From assembly GCA_964016885.1 (NCBI GenBank), contig OZ024740.1, positions 28,892,001-28,956,000 of the forward strand: 64,000 bases of DNA, in the 5' to 3' direction. How positions within the stretch are numbered: position 1 is the stretch's first letter; every line of letters starts with the position of its first letter. Shown piece by piece: positions 22,824 through 33,752 of this stretch. The notes under the pieces are model-generated. The model did no database searches and was not told the origin of the DNA. It was given only the letters and a program-made list of their open reading frames with translations. The translations under genes were made by a program, and so were the position numbers. This DNA is from Eledone cirrhosa (lineage: Eukaryota).

Positions 22824-24172
22824 TTACCTCTCTGCGTCCCGGGTATCGGGCTGCACAATTTCCATTAGGGTGGGGGATGGGTTGTTGGGTGGGGTGGTGG
22901 TTTGTGGAAGTGTGTGGGCATCAGTGTGTTGTGTGGTTGGGGAGCTTGGAGTTGTGAGGGTGTTTGGGGAGGGGGTGGGATAGTTTTTTAGGAGGACGCG
23001 GTTAATGGGCCCGACGCAGGGGGGACCCACGTCCTCTTTAAAATTGTTTTTTAAAGTTTTATAGGTGTCCTGTGGGGCCTTAATCATTTTGAGGTGGGGG
23101 AAATCCCCTGCCTGGGTGAAGTTAGGCCCTTGTGTTTTTATTAGATTGTTGTTGTACACAATGTTTAACAGTTTTTTGTTTCTTGTATTTATGTATGTGT
23201 ATGCATGTTTTTGTTTTTGTGTGGTGTTTTTTGTTTGCTGTTGTGAGCTCTTTTGTGTTGGTGTCAGTGTTATGTTTTGGGGAGGGGTTTTTTTCATTTG
23301 TGTGTCTGAGGTGTGTTTTCTTTTTTTTCTTTTGATTGTGTGGAAGTGCTCCTCCTCGTCTGACGACGAACTAGGGTCATCTTCCGCGTTGGAGGGGAGG
23401 GGTATATTTTCGGGTTGTGTTTGCGGTACGGGTGTTTTGGAAATTGTTTTTGTTTTTTGAGTGGAGGGGATGGGTTGGGCATTGTTTTGTTTTGGTTTGA
23501 GCTGTGGTGGTTGTTTTTGTAGTGGTAGTTGTGGTGATTGTGTTGGTTGTGCAGTTGTTGGTGGTGTAGGCAGGATTGGGGTTTTCTTATTAAGTTGGGG
23601 ACAGACAGCCCTCAGGTGACCTCTGGTTCCGCAGAGGTAACACGAGGGCCGTCTACCCTCAACGGTAATGTTGATGAAGGTTAGATCATCCAGTATGACG
23701 CGTTCAGGGATCTGGGCGATCCTTTCGGGCCTCATTTGAACTACAAGTTCGAGGCTCGTTCCACTGAACGCGTCACCCGATGCCTTTCCCATGGACACCA
23801 GCATGTCATCCTCCAGGTCCAGAAAACCTGTCAAAACCCACCATATGTCCATAATCGGCAGGATGGTGTGGATTTTTATTTTTTTGTGTTCTTCTACCCA
23901 TGTACGTAGGGTAGAAGGTGTATGCGGTGGATGTGATTGGTTTGATGGACAGTTTCACTGCTGTGTCCCTGTCCTTCATGAGAATGGATAGACTCCCGTA
24001 GAGTCTATCCTTCTGAATGAAGGTGATGTCCTTCATGACGTCTTTTAAAACCAGCTCTATCTCGCTCTGTGATGGTTGAGCTGGTTTTTTACTTTTGTTC
24101 GAGATTGTCCTAAACATGACCGTGTTTAGGAGTCTCTGGCTTTTTAGTTCCGGGGGGGAATGGATTGTGAAT
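22824..24172 (-). pseudogene. Tx1 ORF1 of copy A, 5'-truncated, frameshift in the T-run near 23880
   Basis: CYLCGTRGHLRAVC knuckle; TVMFRTISNK...FYPTYMGRRTQ in 23806-24231 aligns with TVVFRTINN...FYPSYMGKRTQ of copy B. Confidence 0.88.
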
Positions 24173-24175
24173 ATA

Positions 24176-24210
24176 TAGATACATAGATAGATAGATAGAT
24201 AGATAGATAG
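24176..24210. repeat. (GATA)n at the 5' junction of copy A
   Basis: Seen directly. Confidence 0.9.
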
Positions 24211-24407
24211 CTTATCCAGTATATATATCACTGATATTGTTGCTTAAACACAGGTCTGCCCCAATTCAATAGATTTAACATCAAAAGCTTTTCTTTGTTG
24301 CATGGTGTAATGCAGCTTACATTATAGGATGTCTTTTTTAAAGACTATAATATGCGATTTGAGGGTTATTTTGTTACTACTATCTAATAATTTGTTATTT
24401 CTTCTAA

Positions 24408-24565
24408 GATGCGGCAAATTGGCAGAGTCGTTAGAACGTCGGGTTGAATTCTTTGCAGTATTCATTCTGGTTCTCTGCTCTCTGAGTTAAAATCCCGTCG
24501 GGCTCAACTTTGTCTTTCATCCATTCAAGGTCGATAAAAAAAGTACCAGTGAAGTATTGAGATCT
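24408..24565 (+). mobile_element. SINE family 1, near full length
   Basis: gcggcaaattggcagagtcgttagaacgtcgg...ctgagttaaaatcccgtcgggctcaactttgtctttcatccattcaaggtcgataaaaaaagtaccagt. Confidence 0.8.
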
Positions 24566-24859
24566 ATATCTCATTCTCACTTCCTTTCTCTCACAATCTA
24601 TCATTTCCTGGAAGATATCTGCTGCAGTCAGACCCGGAGAGGGGCTCCACAAGGTTTTTAAAATACCCTAGAAACATCGTATGTCTATAAGGTACACCCT
24701 CGACTTCCACGGGAGTTACGCGAACGATCGTCCGACCGACCATTTATCTATTCTAAATCAGTGATACAATAAATATTTTTCTTGTCGCCTTTAATAAGTT
24801 TCTGGAATTATATACATGACAAATGATGTAGTCTGTATGTGAGCAACCATTCAGCACTA

Positions 24860-25125
24860 TCGCACCGTTCCTATGTTTTCATCCGTCTTCTGGTTGGTTT
24901 TGATTTTACGAGCAAAACCAACCGGTGGGACACCCAGGTGTAGACCCCGAGCAACATGGTTGGATAACATCCATGTGCATGATTGGTGTCGTTTGGGGAT
25001 CCAGCCGGATCAGTTAGAAACGGTTGCTTCTGACAGGACCCAAGAAGAAGAAGAAGAAGAAGAAGAAGAAGAAGAAGAAGAAGAAGAAGAAGAAGAAGAA
25101 GAAGAAGAAGAAGAAGAAGAAGAAG

Positions 25126-25155
<30 letters not shown>
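24860..25155 (+). mobile_element. RTE-like LINE 3' end followed by (GAA)n
   Basis: ILRAKPTGGTPRCRPRATWLDNI...LGIQPDQLETVASDR resembles the RTE-clade C-terminal G-RPRGRP..W.D motif. Confidence 0.7.
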
Positions 25156-25156
<1 letters not shown>

Positions 25157-25539
25157 GTGATAGTGTTAGATGGTTCATGACATACGGCATACAACATTTG
25201 TTATATATATAATTCCATGATTCTAGAATGGCCATATAATACATTAGGGTAGCAGATACATTTCTAATTGGCCCATAATAAAAGCTTTTACAGCCGCAAA
25301 CATTCTACCATTTTAGAAATAATTCGCTTTACATCTTCCAATGTCTCTGTCTTTATTTCTATGTTTTATATAAGCGAGGGTGATATGATGTTTGGTTCGA
25401 GAGAATCTCCGAATAAACACTAATTGCTATATTCAATCATGTCTTCTTGACAGTTTCCAGTACAAATGGTTCATTTACAATTTTTCAGACTATGATCACT
25501 CCAACAATGAACCAGTAATGTATTGGGGTTAATCTATAT

Positions 25540-25585
<46 letters not shown>

Positions 25586-25674
25586 GGTGTACTATACTGC
25601 ATCAGGAAAGGCCTTCAAGGCCCCCTCTTCCCGTATCATCTCAGGTATTTCATTTATTAACATCAACACATAGT

Positions 25675-25759
<85 letters not shown>

Positions 25760-26373
25760 TGGCTGCCAACTCGTTTTCGAGTACGGCCACTACTTTATAT
25801 CCATGTAGGAAAACCCCTACCGATGCGCTAAATGAGTGTGACTTTTTAGTCCAGCCAGCAACTTGAAAACTCTGGTACAAACACTACCCTTGCGACAATT
25901 ATTGACACATAGTGCTGGGCCCATGGTACCATGTGACGACAAGTGCAGAGAGATCTCCAGATATAAAGCAATGCCTGTGCCGTGAAGCTTTTATAGTGAG
26001 CAAAGGCACTGCACAAAGCCAGTCCCACTCTTAACCAAGATGATATTTACCAAAAAGAAGAACAAGTCAACATCATTGGATACCATCAGGGTTGCAGGTG
26101 TTATATCAGAGTTTTCCTTCTCCTAGAAGTCTGCCTTGACAAAGGCTAAGGGGGCATATATATATATATATGGGATAACAGGTTATCGTTGTAGGTAATC
26201 CAGTTAGCGGTTGTGAGTACTCTGCGTCGTGTATTCTGAATAATGTAATGGAGATCGAGTGACGCAACTTCGAGCGATTAGCGACTTCTAGAGTCACCGG
26301 ATCAATGAAACAATTGTCAATACCTGAAATAAAGCCCCTTATTGTACAGCCAACCATGTTACTCTTCATTCTT

Positions 26374-26458
<85 letters not shown>

Positions 26459-26616
26459 ATTAAAATAACAATTAAAATACTGGAGTGTGTTGGAGTTAAA
26501 CACACTCTTCATATTATAGAAATGACAGTATAAGATATAGCTCAATGTAATTAAACAGAGCCGAAGAATTATAAAAAATAAACCAAAGAAGCCTTCAATA
26601 CATCAAAAGTCTTTAT

Positions 26617-26660
26617 TAGCCAACAATGTTTCGTCCTATTAAGGACTCATCAGGGCAAGT
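26617..26660 (-). ncRNA. Type I hammerhead ribozyme of the Penelope-like element
   Basis: Minus strand: GCC-CTGATGA-GTCC ttaata GGAC-GAAA-C att G-TT-GGC; full core, stems I-III present, same strand as the ORF. Confidence 0.88.
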
Positions 26661-26948
26661 AAAGCTACAAGAAGCACTATCGGCCAATACAAGCCAAAAA
26701 CTCAGAAGAATATGGAGTATACATCTATAAAAGCCTAGGAAGGATATCAAGGAAAAGTAGGCTAAGATTAAGAGTGAGCAGTTACAAACATAGATATAGA
26801 CCAAATAGCAAGGAAGTGATTAACATGTTGAACCCACATTGTAAATATTATATATTGCAAAAACTTGAAACACAAATGGTAATATAATGCGAGAATTACA
26901 GTACGATATATAATATAATATAATAGATGATGATAATAAAAAGCTTAA

Positions 26949-27011
<63 letters not shown>

Positions 27012-28284
27012 TAGTACAAACACAAACTAACACTTATTAAGTATTTAAATATATATATATAAATTGTTTACAGTATAATATAATAAAGATAAAAATAAGA
27101 ATAAAGATAAAAATAAAAATAAAATATAATATATAATTCCCTGTCAGTGTGCATAAACAATATAAAATCATTATAATAACATTATAATAACAATATTATA
27201 ATATATTGGCATCAAAAGATATACAAAATTACATCATATATATAATTCAAGGTTAACAAATAGTATAAAGTTTTACACAGGGTAAGAAAAAAAAAACATA
27301 TTAAACTAAATAGTGTTGAAAAAATTGTGTTGAAAAAAATATCTATACCATTGTAACAAATACACGGAGGTCAAGACGTTTTACATTGGCATAAATATTA
27401 CCAAAATATCTCAAGATATTACAAAATATAACAGAACAGTACTTCGAATAACATATATTAAAATCTATAATACGATTACATAAAAATGATATGATATAAC
27501 AACATTAGTGTCAAATATCAAACAGAGTCTATGGAAATGCTTAATAAATATTTACGTGGTTGCGATACACAGACATATATTAATGAACAGCGTGTGGTAG
27601 TAAAAAAATAAATAAAATAAACCGAAGATCGAAAAACAAAAACAAGTATATTTACTTAGGTGTCACAAGCGGTTAAGTAAAAGAAGAGATAGAAATGTAA
27701 GCGGCGAATTGACTAGAAAACCTTTTTAAATTAATTAATATTAAAAGTATTTAAAATACATATTTAGTCACTTCAAAATTGGCTATAGTTTAAGTCATCA
27801 AAAACGTATAAGTTTGAGATATTTCAATAAAATTATCAAGAATAGAGTAAAATATGCTCCGTTCAGTCGAATAACGTTATCAAATAAAAGCACTCTAAAT
27901 AGAACTATGGTAGACCAATGGGAACAGAAAGAAGAGAGGTTATGGAGGATAGGAAGGAGCATAAAAGTAAAATCAATATATTATATAATATCATAAAAGG
28001 AGCATAAAGGTGAAATTTATATATAGTATAATAGAAGGGGCGGATATTAAGTGTGTAGAGGAGGAGGTAAATTAGTTGAATGAGACTCCAACCAAAGTAT
28101 TTAATAAGATATAAACCCATAACGTGTTAGTAGTGAAACTATAATAATGCTTAAGACGATAAATAGGGTATGGTAGCCAAAAGACTATGGAAACTAAAAT
28201 CGAAAAGTTGTAAAAAAACTAATAATAATAAAGATGATGGTAATCAAAATGAACATAAACAAAAAAGATAAGGAAATATAGCAG

Positions 28285-30870
28285 CTAATGGATACGATTT
28301 AAACTACCAGAACTTTTAGGTCTATAATAGAAGAAAGAATTAGAAATGGCATGGGGGCAGGAAGAAAATATCTCAGACTTTCTATTAAGCAAAACTTCCC
28401 TAGAGAAAATTATAGAGTGGGTCTCTAGGATACAGAGATTACAGAATTTAGTGTGTGTTGATAGGTTATTAGAGCGTGCTACTATACGCCAATTAAGGCT
28501 ATATGGCATGCCTGCCCCTTTAAGATCCCAGATATGGTGTGCTAAAGAAGTAGAGTTCTTAAACTTAACATGCTTAAAATTAGAGATATGAGAATTAAAC
28601 CTAGTTTTAAAAGTATTAGATGTGGAGCCTATATATGTGCCATTAGAAGAATCAGTCTTAACTTCACAAGCATAAACAATGTTCCTAGAGAGGCAGTGAC
28701 TATTTAAAGGGCAGTTAATACTTACTCTACAGTTACACTTCCTGGTGCTATTTACCGGCTGAATAAGTGATGCATCACTTCTAGGGTTATTATAAGATAA
28801 GGTCTGCTCAGGTGGTAAGGCATTAATGGATCTATCAAGACTAGTAGTACGCAAAGAGGAGTAGCTGTCCCTAATTTTCTTATTGTTAGTGCTAGCTAAA
28901 TGAGAACTAATATTAGGGGTGGTAGAGAATGATAGTTTAATTACATTTTTATTAAAAATACCATGGTATTTATTAGTAGGAGGGAAATTTTTCTCTAAGA
29001 TAGAAAAGGAAGACCTAGGGATGTTAGTTAATACTTCATGATCATAAGGCGGTTTAAAATAAGTATTGAGTCTCCTCCTATTTCTATCCTTACGAACTCT
29101 ACCGTTATCCAGTATCCCACTAATAGGATCAGGGTTACTACGAGGACTAGTTGAAACAACATTATTAGAAGCAGCCAAAACCCTATTTAGTCTCCTTCTG
29201 TTTCCACCTTTAGTATATCTACTGTTATCTGGAATCATATCAATAGGATTAGGGTTACTACCAGGATCAGTTGAAACAACACTATTAGAATTAGTAAAAA
29301 CATTACCACTGGGTGAGCGGTCAGAGTGCCTAACTTGTTCCCTAGAACTAATCCCGAAAAGTGTACCATTAGACTCCCTATTACGATTACGGTAGCTTAA
29401 CTTATGGATGGGTTCGGATACACCTATGGGATTTCTACGATTCTTATGCTTTCTATTCCCATTCATGGCCATATTAGGGGAAATCACGTTATTATTATTA
29501 TGGGTTAACGGAGACTTTCTAAGGTTGTTCTCATTATAACGTATTTTACCAGAGTAACCAGAGTTAGCTAGGGCATTATTATAGTACTCTGCGTGTGAAT
29601 TAAATATTCCTATATCCTTAGAGAGTGTGGAAATTCTATTAGATACACCGTTAATTATAGAGCTAATCATAGATTTGGGGTGGTTAGAATTGGGATTAAC
29701 ATAAGAGAGTATCTCATTTGGCTTATGGAAGGGTTTATAACTATTAGTGACCAAGTCCAAAGTCACATCTAAAAAGTTGACCGCTCTATCATTTCTATCA
29801 ATCGTGATCGAAAGGTTAACATTTTTAAAAAAATTATAAAGTTTCTTCCTATTATGCTCAATGGTGTTGGTGCTAGAGTTTATCACAAACAATGCATCGT
29901 CACGATAAAGTCCGCCTTTAAGGTGCGGAAAGGTAACATACAGTTCATTTAGGAGGAACAGCCCAACAAGATCAGTTACCTGGGCCGAATCACTCGAACC
30001 CATTGTAACGTCGAAATTGTTGGGTGTGTTTTTACGCGTCCAAAGTGTATCCTCGAATTTGATGATAGTCCTACGGGCTGCTAGTATAACATCAATCTGC
30101 GGTCGTGTAAGGCTAGACACTTGCATGGCCATAGTTAAGGCTTTATTAAGGAGGATAGGTGAAATCGACGTGTAATAGGCATCAATATCAAACTGGATAA
30201 ACCTACTAGACTCAAGTTTATTAATACCAGAGAACCAATCTATAACATCCTTAGTGTTCTCCCATAGATTAAAATGAACCTTTTCCCTAACGGCTGGTAT
30301 AATTAGGTCAAGAATTTTCTTACTAATAATAGCTATATCCGACTTAGAAGGACTAATGAGTCTAACAGAAGGATTACTAATGAAGTCTACCTTATGATCC
30401 TTAAGAGTAAATCTCGGTTCCCTAGGGTAATATGGCTGGGTATACTTATCAAGGCCCAGGTCCGAAATTATCTTGAGACCCACATTATTGATATGATCCA
30501 AATTATCTTGCGTTGTCTTTTTGTAATTTTTATGCAGCTCCTTATAGATAAAATTACGGTAAGCATTGTAATCCATAGAGTAAAGATTCTTAGTCTTGTC
30601 TGCCGGGACAAGAATAGACTTATTCCCTTTAAAATCCTTAACGATATTCTTAAGTTTAGACTGGAACCTGTCGAACTTATTATAGTTCCCATATCTATTA
30701 TACGGCCTATACTTTATATTTTTGACAAGGGAAAGTAAATCGTTCTCAAAATTATCTAATAGAACATTATGCAGTGGGCTCTTATAAGTCTTGAAACCAA
30801 AGTTATTGAAACGAGTCCTATCCCGGGGGTCAATCCCATTCCTATTAATGTCAAAGTGGAAAGCACGCCA

Positions 30871-30873
<3 letters not shown>
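28285..30873 (-). CDS. Penelope-like RT with C-terminal GIY-YIG endonuclease (N-terminus truncated)
   Basis: PADKT, RLISP, QFDIDAYYTSI, FDVTMGS, GLYRDD, FLDVTL, SNHP; CNCR..CPL..C linker; IVY...YIG...FKTRFNSH, CNLC..E, LLNRKSE..CPH. The frame stays open 99 codons upstream of the annotated Met (RWRAFHF...) to the (TA)n. Confidence 0.93.
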
Positions 30874-30940
<67 letters not shown>

Positions 30941-30947
<7 letters not shown>

Positions 30948-31135
30948 ATATATATATATTTAATATAGAAAAGGGTTCTACAGGACAAGAACTGTTTCAT
31001 TCGGGAGAAATCATCATGAATCCGACTGTCCAAGTACTTGGACAGCAGTCGGCTTCCTGATGATTTCTTCCGAATGAAACACTTCTCGTCCTGTAGAAGC
31101 CATTTCTATATTAAATATATATACATATTAAATAT
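30941..31135. repeat. Near-perfect palindrome with a hammerhead-like motif in each arm
   Basis: Centre caagtacttg (31031-31040); + arm CTGATGA-tttcttccgaat-GAAAC at 31057-31080. Confidence 0.8.
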
Positions 31136-31290
31136 AAGTAGAAATAAACACAGTAAATTCTGCGTCTAAAATTACGAGTGTAGATTATACCACAAATGTT
31201 TTATATATTTAAACTGAAGCATACATTAAGATACAAGATTTCCTATACATACCGTATCAATAACGATTTCATCTCTCGAACAGACTAAAG

Positions 31291-31353
31291 ATTTAATCTG
31301 TTTCGCTGATGAAATGCCTAATCTTTAGACATTTCATCAGCGAGAGATTAAAT
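31291..31353. repeat. Short hairpin with CTGATGA on both strands
   Basis: tcgCTGATGAaatgcctaatctttagacattTCATCAGcga. Confidence 0.75.
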
Positions 31354-31398
31354 GAAACAAAACACATCTAACAAGAACTCACGCAAGTAAATAATGTA

Positions 31399-31592
31399 CC
31401 TCGTGGGTTGAAAGCTATACGTGGGGTGAGTGGTTATGCTAGACATAATAGCCTAATTACACTCATCTTATAAGCTCACATAGATAGGGAGCCGAAATAC
31501 AAATAAAATATAGAGTTATTAACTCAAAATGTAATTAGGCTATTATTTCTAGCATAACCACTCACACCACGTATAGATTTCAACCCACGAGG
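31399..31592. repeat. Fold-back element (about 63-bp arms) with a decayed hammerhead-like loop
   Basis: cctcgtgggttgaaa...gcctaattaca / tgtaattaggc...ttcaacccacgagg; loop contains gctc...ggagcc-GAAA. Confidence 0.8.
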
Positions 31593-31601
31593 TTATTTTA
31601 T

Positions 31602-31630
<29 letters not shown>

Positions 31631-31633
<3 letters not shown>

Positions 31634-31926
31634 TAGAAAGTGAGGTTTTTTTACAAAATGAAAAATAACCGAGGTGTCCTACACGAGTGAAAGTATAAAG
31701 AATAAAAGATGAAATCGAAAATGCAACTGGAGTCTTATTTAAAAAAATATATATATATGAGAAAAACCACAGACCCTCCATCTCAACTCTACTTTTGAAA
31801 AGCAGAAGAACTGCGAAACCGGTAAAGGAATCAAATAAATATATATATTTTTTAAAAAATAAGACTCCAGTACCATTTTCGATTTCATCTTTTTTTCTTT
31901 ATACTTTCACTCGTGTAGGACACCTC
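31631..31926. repeat. Fold-back element with a hammerhead-like motif in the loop
   Basis: Arms 31671-31755 and 31840-31926; loop motif CTT-TTGAAAA-GCAG aagaa CTGC-GAAA-CCGG-TA-AAG at 31792-31827. Confidence 0.85.
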
Positions 31927-31975
31927 AAAAGAGGGCTCGATAACTTTAATCTGTTATTTTAATAAATATATGAAA

Positions 31976-32069
<94 letters not shown>

Positions 32070-32338
32070 ATATTCGAAGTTAACTCATTTTGTCTTTGTT
32101 TTCTTTTTCTTTTGCTCGTTCTGTTTATTGGCTCGTTCCATATATATATATATATATAGGATATGTGTTCCTTCACGCACAAGGCGCTAAGGTACGCATG
32201 TATTGTCCAACCAAATGCCAGTGTGGTTCAATGGCAGGTTAATAAATTAACGAGCCAGAACAAATATAAACAAGGTTTAGCAAATAATGAAAAAGTTTCA
32301 AAATAAATTAAAAAAAATTGACTTTACCTACTATAGTT

Positions 32339-32422
32339 ACCTTTACCGGTCGGTTTCGAATCCCAAAAATAAAACGGAGACCATACGGCCTTCGTTGCAA
32401 AGAAAGATTCTCGTCAGAATGT
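32339..32422 (-). ncRNA. Type I hammerhead ribozyme (copy 2, mismatches in stems I and III)
   Basis: ACATT-CTGACGA-GAATC...GATTC-GAAA-CCGACCGG-TA-AAGGT. Confidence 0.75.
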
Positions 32423-32820
32423 TCTTTTCATTCAAAGAATATAAAATTCCTGAATTTAAATTACAGACTAGCGCTATCAAAACTGTTCCTGGGATGAGAG
32501 TGGATGATGTAGAAACATGTTTATCAAGGCCGAAGCAAAGATAGAGGCAGAAGGAGGTAGGTCAAACCAGCCACAGCTATCACTAGCAGCAGTCGGGGCG
32601 ACCAAATTTGTTCTCAACATTAGAGGAGATAGTAGTAATAGGATATGTGTTCCTTCACGCACAAGGCGCTAAGGTACGCATGTATTGTCCAACCAAATGC
32701 CAGTGTGGTTCAATGGCAGGTTAATAAATTAACGAGCCAGAACAAATATAAACAAGGTTTAGCAAATAATGAAAAAGTTTCAAAATAAATTTTAAAAAAT
32801 TGACTTTACCTACTATAGTT

Positions 32821-32904
32821 ACCTTTACCGATCGGTTTCGAATCCCAAAAATAAAACGGAGACCATACGGCCTTCGTTGCAAAGAAAGATTCTCGTCAGA
32901 AGGT
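32821..32904 (-). ncRNA. Type I hammerhead ribozyme (copy 1, intact)
   Basis: ACCTT-CTGACGA-GAATC[long loop]GATTC-GAAA-CCGATCGG-TA-AAGGT; perfect stems I and II, palindromic stem III ACCGATCGGT, GUA cleavage triplet. Confidence 0.88.
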
Positions 32905-33005
32905 TCTTTTCATTCAAAGAATATAAAATTCCTGAATTCCTGAGCGTGAAATTAATAAACATTTATTGTACTGCCTCTCTGTTTTGTCCCTGTTCATATT
33001 TTTCC

Positions 33006-33062
<57 letters not shown>

Positions 33063-33098
33063 AGTAAGTATGTTTTGAAACAGTGAGCGAGTTTGAAA

Positions 33099-33299
33099 TT
33101 AGAAAATATATAGCTTTCACCGTATTTTTAACTAAAGGAATTTTAGGTTGATAACGGGGTTTTGAACCCTCAGATAAATGGAAAAAGATGAGTATTGACG
33201 TACATGTACGTCAATACTCATCTTTTTCCATTTATCTGAGGGTTGAAAACCCCGTTATCAAGCTAAAATTCCTTTAGTTAAAAATACGGTGAAAGCTAT

Positions 33300-33310
<11 letters not shown>
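33099..33310. repeat. Loop-less 212-bp palindrome in (TA)n, same family as 36647-36869
   Basis: Centre gacgtacatgtacgtc; arms nearly identical. Confidence 0.92.
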
Positions 33311-33597
<287 letters not shown>

Positions 33598-33656
33598 AAT
33601 GTAAGTATGTATGTATACGTACATACATATATGTATACAGACGTACAGTAGCACGC

Positions 33657-33689
<33 letters not shown>

Positions 33690-33752
33690 TATACACATAT
33701 GCATACAGGTACACATACATATATGCACGCATCAGTTTAGCCGATGCTACTG

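Larger units (their letters stand above)
19101..24172 (-). mobile_element. Tx1-like LINE copy A, 5'-truncated within ORF1, ORF2 intact
   Basis: ORF1 + ORF2 + 3' UTR; (GATA)n on both sides (19025-19100, 24176-24210). Confidence 0.95.
26453..30873 (-). mobile_element. Penelope-like retroelement (probably Naiad-type), 5'-truncated, inserted in (TA)n
   Basis: RT+GIY-YIG ORF, about 1.8 kb AT-rich 3' region with a hammerhead; (TA)n at both ends (26378-26453, 30875-30943). Confidence 0.9.
32157..32937 (-). mobile_element. Partial tandem direct repeat (period 482 bp, about 300 bp duplicated) with a hammerhead in each copy; retrozyme/pLTR-like
   Basis: 32157-32457 is repeated at 32639-32938; flanked by (TA)n. 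Confidence 0.85.

Noticed and set aside
19443-22983. Plus-strand ORFs overlapping Tx1 ORF2
   Set aside because: Antisense shadows of a GC-rich coding frame with no independent motifs.
26250-26310. Possible additional hammerhead (minus strand ccggt-gactctagaagtc-gcta)
   Set aside because: Both core boxes deviate too far from consensus to support the call.
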